From Eledone cirrhosa (taxonomy: Eukaryota), in the NCBI GenBank assembly GCA_964016885.1, contig OZ024746.1, positions 97,464,001 to 97,528,000 of the forward strand: 64,000 bases of DNA. Direction: 5' to 3'. This document shows, piece by piece, positions 56,166 to 64,000 of the stretch. A model generated the notes under the pieces. That model had not been told where the DNA came from. It saw nothing but the letters and a program-made list of their open reading frames with translations, and did no database searches. The position numbers and the translations under genes are program-made. The stretch's first letter is position 1. The number at the start of each line of letters is the position of its first letter.

Positions 56166-56361
56166 TCCTGTGTGTTCATGTGGGGCTCCCACAGGAGCAC
56201 TGAGTGCAATGTCAACTCTGGATGTCGGAGAGCATGTCCAGCTAACCTCAGTCTCCTCTGTGTCACTTTTGAGCTGACTTTTGGGAGGCTCCCATACAGC
56301 TCTGAATTTTTCCTCCTCAGTGTATATATATAATAGTATTAAACGAAAGATATATAGTTTA

Positions 56362-56440
56362 TATTTCATTATATATATTTCGAAGATGTAAAGTTTTATG
56401 TATTAACATAAAGCAGAACATGTCCTCCTCAGACAAAATA
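56362..56440 (-). ncRNA. Type-I hammerhead motif
   Basis: tattttgt-CTGAGGA-ggacatgt...acatcttc-GAAA-tatata-TA-atgaaata. Confidence 0.7.
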
Positions 56441-56751
56441 CATAGAAAATGTATTATTTTTTCCTGATATGCTGGTAGACAAACAAACTGGACAGATCGG
56501 TCACCACCAAGAATCTTTTTTCATTGATTCATATATATATATATATTTATATAATCAAGTAGTGCACCAAGAAAAATATAACGTTGGTGTGAATTTATTT
56601 GCTTTGACATATGTTTTGTGTCTATTATAATTGTCAACATATGCTGACTACAATATATATTGTTCAATCATATGTAATACTTAATTATTTATTGCGCATA
56701 TATATACATTTATATCTTTTGTATCCACATAAACATATAATGCACATAAAT

Positions 56752-56812
<61 letters not shown>

Positions 56813-56969
56813 CTGCTCATTTAATATGAAAAACAATTAGCAAAGATAATTGATAAATAAATTCTAAATATGTGAATAATTATGTTGAAAGAATAAAAAC
56901 CAACATACTTAAATAATAACAATAATAATCAGAATGAAGAGGACGATAATAAAAGAGAACAAGATAATG

Positions 56970-57003
<34 letters not shown>

Positions 57004-57490
57004 TTTCATTTATTAGCCACAAGGGCGGACATGTAGGGGACAATACAAAGACAGGGACAGTGGGGGTTTACAATAAGGTCGAGTAAAAGTGCACAATGGC
57101 AAGACTAATTTAACAATGAAAATATAAAAAATATAAAATAAACTATGCACAAATATAACAAAATAAATTCCCCGATAGGGGGTGGACGACCCTGGGGTGA
57201 CTTGGGTACCCCACCAGTCCTGAACCACCCTGTGCTTCTAGGGCACCCAGGGAGAACACCCCTCTCCTCAAGTTAGCTAGCCTATAGGCGCATGGTCAGA
57301 GTAGGCCCATTCAAACAAGCCATTCTCGCCACATTCACCCACCTTTTAGCAAATGTACTGGGGGCGGGGGGGGCAGCACTTCTCTCTCCACCCTCACCTT
57401 CCTTTCCAGGTGAAACTTGAAGAAGTTGGTGAGGGATTGGCCGAAGAGAAAAGTGTCTGTCTTCAGTCCTTTTACCCTGGTCCACCATAT
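56970..57490 (-). mobile_element. 3' end of a probable L1/Tx1-like LINE with (ATT)n tail
   Basis: C-terminal FAKRWVNVARMACLNGPTLTMRL*, GC-rich then T-rich UTR, AATAAA and (ATT)n; clade assignment from recall only. Confidence 0.5.
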
Positions 57491-59124
57491 AACAGTAAGG
57501 ATGAAAGGCAAAGTTAACCTCGGCGGGATTTGAACTCAGATCGTAAAGGGACGTAACTATGCTGGAAAGCATGGTGTCCGACACTCTACCAATACTGCCA
57601 ATCCACCACCCGTTTCTTATATAGGCAGAAAGCCATCAATTTTGGGGCAGGCGAAAGTCAATTAAATTGACCCCAGTGCATTACTGGTGCTTTATTTTAT
57701 CAACCCCGTAAGGATGAAAGGTTAAGCTAACCTTGGCGGGATTTGAACTCGGACTGTAAAGGGTCGTAACTCTATGTTACAAAGCATAGTGTCTGATGCT
57801 CTACCGATACTGCCTATCCACTGCCCTTTTAATTTCTACTGTAGGCACAAGGCCAGTAATTTGGGGGGAGGGGAAACTCGACTAAATTGACCCCAGTACA
57901 TTACTGGTGCTTTATTTTATCGACCCCAATACTGCCAATCCACTGCCATCTTGACAATAATAATAATAATAATAATTGTTTCTACATTTGGTACAAGGCC
58001 AACTATTTTGGGAGAAAGGGAAAGTTGATTAAATCAACCCCAATGCATTACTGGTACTTTATTCTATTGACTTCGTAAACAACAAAAAGACTTATCTACC
58101 TTAGCAAAGTAAAAAAAGCAGAGATACAACATAAAAAAATATTTTTAAAAGTGTAATATCAATAAATTTTTTTTTTTAAATGACACACTTGAAGCCAATG
58201 AAAAGCTTCTAGAAATGAGGGAAAATGAGAGGAGGATAACATACTTTGAAAAGGTGAATACTTTTATCTACAAGGACGGTAACAAAATAAAAAGAGATAA
58301 AAAAAAAATTGGAAACACCAACAAAACGAGAAATTGAAGTAGACTCTGAGAGAATATGGAACAAAATGTTTCAGTGCAATATTAAAGCAGAAAGGACAAA
58401 AGGAAAAAAAAGGAAAAATATATATAATAGTACAGTGAGGATTGCCAACACATTAAACTTTAGAACGCTGAATTTGTATTATGAATTACTTCTCTTGACA
58501 CTCCATTATATATTAAGGGGTGATCACTCTCTTGTCACCAACAGCGTGCTGAAGATTAAGAATTATACAGCACCTGGGATTAATGAAGTCCCAATTTCTG
58601 GCTGAAGCCCCTAAGCAGTAATTGTGGGTAATGGGTATATTGCAGCAGTATTCAAGGAACTTATAAACAGACAAGAAACAACATAAACCTTAATGGGTTA
58701 ATGCTAAAGCATTTAAACTGGCTATAACCTGCAACTCATACTTATGTTAAGGTATTGTTCTTAAAATAAATGATATCAAATTCTCATAGATTAGATATTA
58801 AGTGATATAATTATGTGACATAAAGCCTTTACTACAAAAATACAATAGTAAATATAGGGTAATGTAAATGTTAAGTGAGATAATTATGTGAGATAAAGCC
58901 TTTACTACAAAAATACAATAGTAAATATAGAGTAATGTAAATGCTAAAGATTTAAGGTGTTTTCTCTACCATCAGTTAAAGCTATAGTGATTCACTATAA
59001 AAAGAATTACTACAGAAAACAACATCATCTCAAGGTAAGTAGTAGATTATGTATAGTAGTCATATACAGAGCTTCCGTTACAGTTTTGGGACTAGGGGAT
59101 GTGGGGGCTTAAGTATATATATAC

Positions 59125-59418
59125 TGTTAAAGTTTAAAGTTAAAGCCTGTTCTGAGTGAAAGTTTTATCAAGCTGGTGCTTATCCCTGGTTTGCTTGCTG
59201 TTAAGCAACAGAGAGTACAAGACTCTCCCTGGATAGGCACCAGTCTATCACAGGATTAACTTCCCAGCTACTGCAGATACTCACCCCAGCTTTGTGTACT
59301 GGAGCAATGTGAGATAAAGTGTTTTGCTCAAGAACACAACACAGCAGCCTGTCTAGGAATTGAACCGATGACATTATGATCCTACATTGACCATCCTAAC
59401 CATCAGGCCATGCGCCTT
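59125..59418 (-). mobile_element. tRNA-derived SINE with Meta/V-like core and non-RTE tail
   Basis: Minus strand ggcgcatggcctgatggttagg..ggttcaattcc..cttgagcaaaacact..gatagactggtgcctatccaggg; decayed relative at ~32970-33170. Confidence 0.7.
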
Positions 59419-59639
59419 CATGTGTATTATCATTATTATTATTATTATTATTATTATTAGGGCGGTGGATTGGCAGTATCGGTAGAGGGACGGAAGCCAT
59501 GCTTTCCAGCATACAATTACGCCCCTTTATGGTCTGAGTTCAAATCCCGCCGTGGTTAACTTTGCCTTACGGGGTCGATAAAATAAAGTACCAGTAATGC
59601 ACAAAAGTAGAAACAATTATTATTATTAGCTCATGCTTG

Positions 59640-59960
59640 GTCATGTAGGTGTCACGACAAAAGGCACCCAGTCCACACTGTAAAGTGGTCATGTAGGTGT
59701 CACGACAAAGAGCACCCAGTCCACACTGTAAAGTGGTTGTGTAGGTGTCAAGACAAAAAGCACCCAGCCCACACTGTAAAGTGGTCATGTAGGTGTCACG
59801 ACAAAGAGCACCCAGCCCACACTGTAAAGTGGTCATGTAGGTGTCACGACAAAGAGCACCCAGCCCACACTGTAAAGTGGTCATGTAGGTGTCACGACAA
59901 AGAGCACCCAGCCTACACTGTAAAGTGGTCATGTAAGTCTCATGACAAAAAGCACCCAGT
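59640..59960 (+). repeat. 48-bp tandem array derived from the RTE/SINE 3' UTR unit, ~6.5 copies
   Basis: Unit gtaggtgtcacgacaaagagcacccagcccacactgtaaagtggtcat, followed by the RTE tail to ~60020. Confidence 0.9.
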
Positions 59961-61861
59961 TATTGAAAACCCATCCAACCCTGTATATCAAGGAAGATGG
60001 ACGTTAAATGATGATGATGAAGCAGTGTATTTCATTTCAAAAATTTAACTAATGGAACCAATGGTAATTTCCCTTTTTTTCTTATTTCTATTTTGATTCA
60101 TGAATTTATAGATATGGTTATCAGTGTTTCACTATGTAGTAAGGTGGTGAATTGGCAGTATCGGTAGAGCACCAGAGACCATGCTTCACAGCATAGAGTT
60201 ATAGCCCTTTACATTCTGATTTCACATCTCGACAAGGTTAGCTTCGCTTTCTATCCATAAGGGGTTGATAAAATAAAGTACCAGTAATGCACTGGAGTCA
60301 AATTAATCAACTTTCTCCTTCCCTTCAAATTGTTGACCTTGTGCCTAAAGTAGAAACAATTATGTGAGATATTTTGATTTGTTCAGGTGAGGCCTATGAG
60401 GAAGCTTGCTTTATTTTTCCAGCATCGTTTGTGGTGTGAGATTGTGTAACCATATCTTCTTTTGTCCTTTGTCTTTCTTTAAAAGTTGTGTTTATCTGTA
60501 TGTAGTCTATTGAAATAAACTGATGGAGGACAGTGAGATAATATGGACTATGTGTAATAAGTATGGTGTTGTATGATTTGGAAACTAGAGTAGTGAAATC
60601 TAAACTATAATAAAGTAAGGAGCGCGGGACTGCGTACGGTTTATCATTTTTTATCCCATTAGTAAAATAAGTTGGATTACTTTGAATAAATAATTGTTTC
60701 TACTTTTGGCACAAGGCCAGCAATTACCCAGTGTATTACTGGTACTTTATTTTATTGACCCAGTAAGGATGAAAGGCAAAGTTAACCTCGGCGGGATTTG
60801 AACTCAGAATGGAAAGGGCCGTAACTCTACGCATCAAAGCATGGCGTCCAACCCTCTACTGATACTGCCAAGCCATCGCCTTACTTTGAATAAATAATTG
60901 TTTCTACTTTAGGCACAAGGCCAGCAATTACCCAATACATTACTGGTACTTTATTTTATCGACCCCGTAAGGATGAAAGGCAAAGTCAACCTCGGCGGGA
61001 TTTGAACTCAGATCGTAAAGGGACGTAACTATGCTAGAAAGCATGGCGTCCGACCCTCTACCGATACTGCCAATCCACCTTACTTTGAATAAATAATGAA
61101 TGAATATTACATTATTTATCTACTAAATTTTGTGGCTGCTGATTAAATATTTATTTTGTTTATTTAAAGATTCACTTCTTTAAAATTTCTGAAATGTCAA
61201 CACTTCCAGTTGGCCATCGCTTAAATAAACATACTATATTTCTGTCACTAATTTTCTCCTAATGCAGTTTATATATAATATCGTCTTTTTTTAATGTATC
61301 ATGGATTACGTTACTGATTACATAAGACAGTGTAACACAGTCTCTCTTCAATTTCTGTGGATATTGCCAATTACGATTTTATTTGATGTATCATATCTAC
61401 ATGTATATATACTTGAATATAATATCAATATACACACTACACATGTATCATATCTACATGTATATATACTTGTGTATAATATCAATATACACACTACACA
61501 TGCTAGCAAAAAAACAACTCGAAGGTTGGTTTTTCTGCTAGTACTAATAAAGATTAGAAACTTGGTTTATTGTGAACTGAAGAGAAGCTCTATACTTTGA
61601 AAAAGTACTTGAATATTAATGGATATATATGATACCTCCTCAATCTCCTCCTTATCATTATCATTGTTATTGGCAGTATTAGTAGAGCGTCAGATACTAT
61701 GCTTTGCAGCATAGAGTTATGTCCCTTTACGTTCTGAGTGCAAATCCCACCGAGGTTAACTTTGCCTTTCACCTTTACAGGGTTGATAAAATAAAGCACC
61801 AGTAATACACTGGGGTAATTGGTGGCCTTGTGCCAAAAGTGGAAACAATTATTATTCAGCC

Positions 61862-63770
61862 ACTTATTCCTGAGAGGGCTGTGGGGGGTAGAGTCCCCAA
61901 ACACTCCTTCCAGCGGGTCCTGTCAGAAGCAACCATCTCCAACTGATCTGGCTGGGTCCCCAAGCGTGACCAGCCAAGCTCATTGATGCTATCCGACCAT
62001 CTTGCCCGGGGTCTACTCCTGGGTCTTCTGCTAGTTGGTTTTGTCCATAAAATCTGTCCAGCAATTCTTTCCTGAGACATTCTAACCACATGTCCATAGT
62101 ATCAGAGCTGTGATCTCTCAATTCAGAGAAGTAATGGCTCTACCAGGAGTGACTCTCCGGTGATTCTTTCCTGAGACATTCTAACCACATGTCCATAGTA
62201 TCAGAGCTGTGATCTCTCAATTCGGAGAAGTAATGGCTCTACCAGGAGTGACTCTCCAGTGATTCTTTCCTGAGATATTCTAACCATATGTCCATAGTAT
62301 CAGAGCTGTGATCTCTCAATTCGGAGAAGTAATGGCTCTACCAGGAGTGACTCTCCAGTGATTCTTTCCTGAGATATTCTAACCATATGTCCATAGTATC
62401 AGAGCTGTGATCTCTCAATTCGGAGAAGTAATGGCTCTACCAGGAGTGACTCTCCAGTGATTCTTTCCTGAGATATTCTAACCATATGTCCATAGTATCA
62501 GAGCTGTGATCTCTCAATTCGGAGAAGTAATGGCTCTACCTGGAGTGACTCTCCAGTGATTCTTTCCTGAGATATTCTAACCATATGTCCATAGTATCAG
62601 AGCTGTGATCCCTCAATTCAGAGAAGCAGTGGCTCTACCTGTAGTGACTCTCCAGCAATTCTTTCCTGAGACATTCTAACCATATGTCCATAGTATCAGA
62701 GCTGTGATCTCTTAATTTGGAGAAGTAGTGGCTCTACCAGGAGTGACTCTCCAGCAATTCTTTCCTGAGACATTCTAACCATATGTCCATAGTATCAGAG
62801 CTGTGATCTCTCAATTCGGAGAAGTAATGGCTCTACCAGGAGTGACTCTCCAGTGATTCTTTCCTGAGACATTCTAACCACATGTCCATAGTATCAGAGC
62901 TGTGATCTCTCAATTCGGAGAAGTAATGGCTCTACCAGGAGTGACTCTCCAGTGATTCTTTCCTGAGATATTCTAACCATATGTCCATAGTATCAGAGCT
63001 GTGATCTCTCAATTCGGAGAAGTAATGGCTCTACCAGGAGTGACTCTCCAGTGATTCTTTCCTGAGATATTCTAACCATATGTCCATAGTATCAGAGCTG
63101 TGATCTCTCAATTCGGAGAAGTAATGGCTCTACCTGGAGTGACTCTCCAGTGATTCTTTCCTGAGATATTCTAACCATATGTCCATAGTATCAGAGCTGT
63201 GATCCCTCAATTCAGAGAAGCAGTGGCTCTACCTGTAGTGACTCTCCAGCAATTCTTTCCTGAGACATTCTAACCATATGTCCATAGTATCAGAGCTGTG
63301 ATCTCTTAATTTGGAGAAGTAGTGGCTCTACCAGGAGTGACTCTCCAGCAATTCTTTCCTGAGACATTCTAACCATATGTCCATAGTATCAGAGCTGTGA
63401 TCTCTCAATTCGGAGAAGTAATGGCTCTACCAGGAGTGACTCTCCAGTGATTCTTTCCTGAGACATTCTAACCACATGTCCATAGTATCAGAGCTGTGAT
63501 CTCTCAATTCAGAGAAGCAGTGGCTCTACCTGTAGTGACTCTCCAGTGATTCTTTCCTGAGATATTCTAACCACATGCCCATAGTATCAGAGCTGTGATC
63601 TCTCAATTCAGAGAAGTAGCGGCTCTACCTGGAGTGACTCTCCAGTGATTCTTTCCTGAAACATTCTAACCACATGCCCATAGTATCAGAGCTGTGATCT
63701 CTCAATTCAGAGAAGTAGCGGCTCTACTTTGAGTGACTCTCTGATCTCCGAGCTATGCATTCTATCGAGT
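61862..63770 (-). mobile_element. RTE-like LINE 3' fragment containing a 99-bp tandem expansion
   Basis: ORF 61856-62089 (VRMSQERIAGQIL..RPRSRPRARWSD..DRTRWK). Confidence 0.85.
62064..63742. repeat. 99-bp tandem array, ~17 copies
   Basis: Unit starts recur at 62064, 62163, 62262 and onward. Confidence 0.96.
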
Positions 63771-64000
63771 AATGAAGATATATGATGCCTCTGAATAAAA
63801 TTCTATGAACTACAGCTTTGTTCCTCACAACTCCCATCGACGGGTGTAGAAATTTATTTGTGCTCTCAGCTGGGCTATTTAGTTTTATGATGGTTAGAAT
63901 TTATTAATTTAATACCTGTATGTCTAACTTTTCAATTCCAATTACTTGCACTAACCTAACTTTGATATGTGAAATTGGGGGGGGTTTACTGTGTATTTTA

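Noticed and set aside
62064-63742. CRISPR-like regular array
   Set aside because: Units are contiguous with no unique spacers, derive from LINE coding sequence, and there are no cas genes; the DNA is eukaryotic.
62064-63742. In-frame TGA as selenocysteine
   Set aside because: Best explained as CGA(Arg)>TGA CpG decay in the conserved LR(W/Y)YGH motif; the relative at ~52237 has TAG there and no SECIS was seen.

Overview
AT-rich eukaryotic (animal) genomic DNA, almost entirely repeats. The repeat families resemble those of an octopod cephalopod (inference from family resemblance, not a search). No host protein-coding gene can be confidently called, so the window looks like a long intron or intergenic DNA. 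It contains 5'-truncated RTE-clade LINEs (two large copies tail-to-tail at 6.9-10.5 kb), decayed Penelope-like elements (PLE) with a C-terminal GIY-YIG nuclease, tRNA-derived SINEs (Nin/Deu-like and Meta/V-like cores), two non-autonomous Helitrons, several MITEs, long (TA)n and triplet microsatellites, and minisatellites, one a 99-bp LINE-derived array. The strongest unexpected signal is about a dozen minimal type-I hammerhead ribozyme motifs (CUGANGA...GAAA, palindromic stem III, UH). They lie in short, mutually dissimilar non-coding cassettes embedded in (TA)n tracts. The same tracts hold many fold-back 'arm-loop-arm+tail' cassettes, some carrying the ribozyme. Together these suggest a diverse population of TA-targeted, ribozyme-bearing PLE-derived mini-elements. 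All folds and alignments were done by eye and element ends are approximate.
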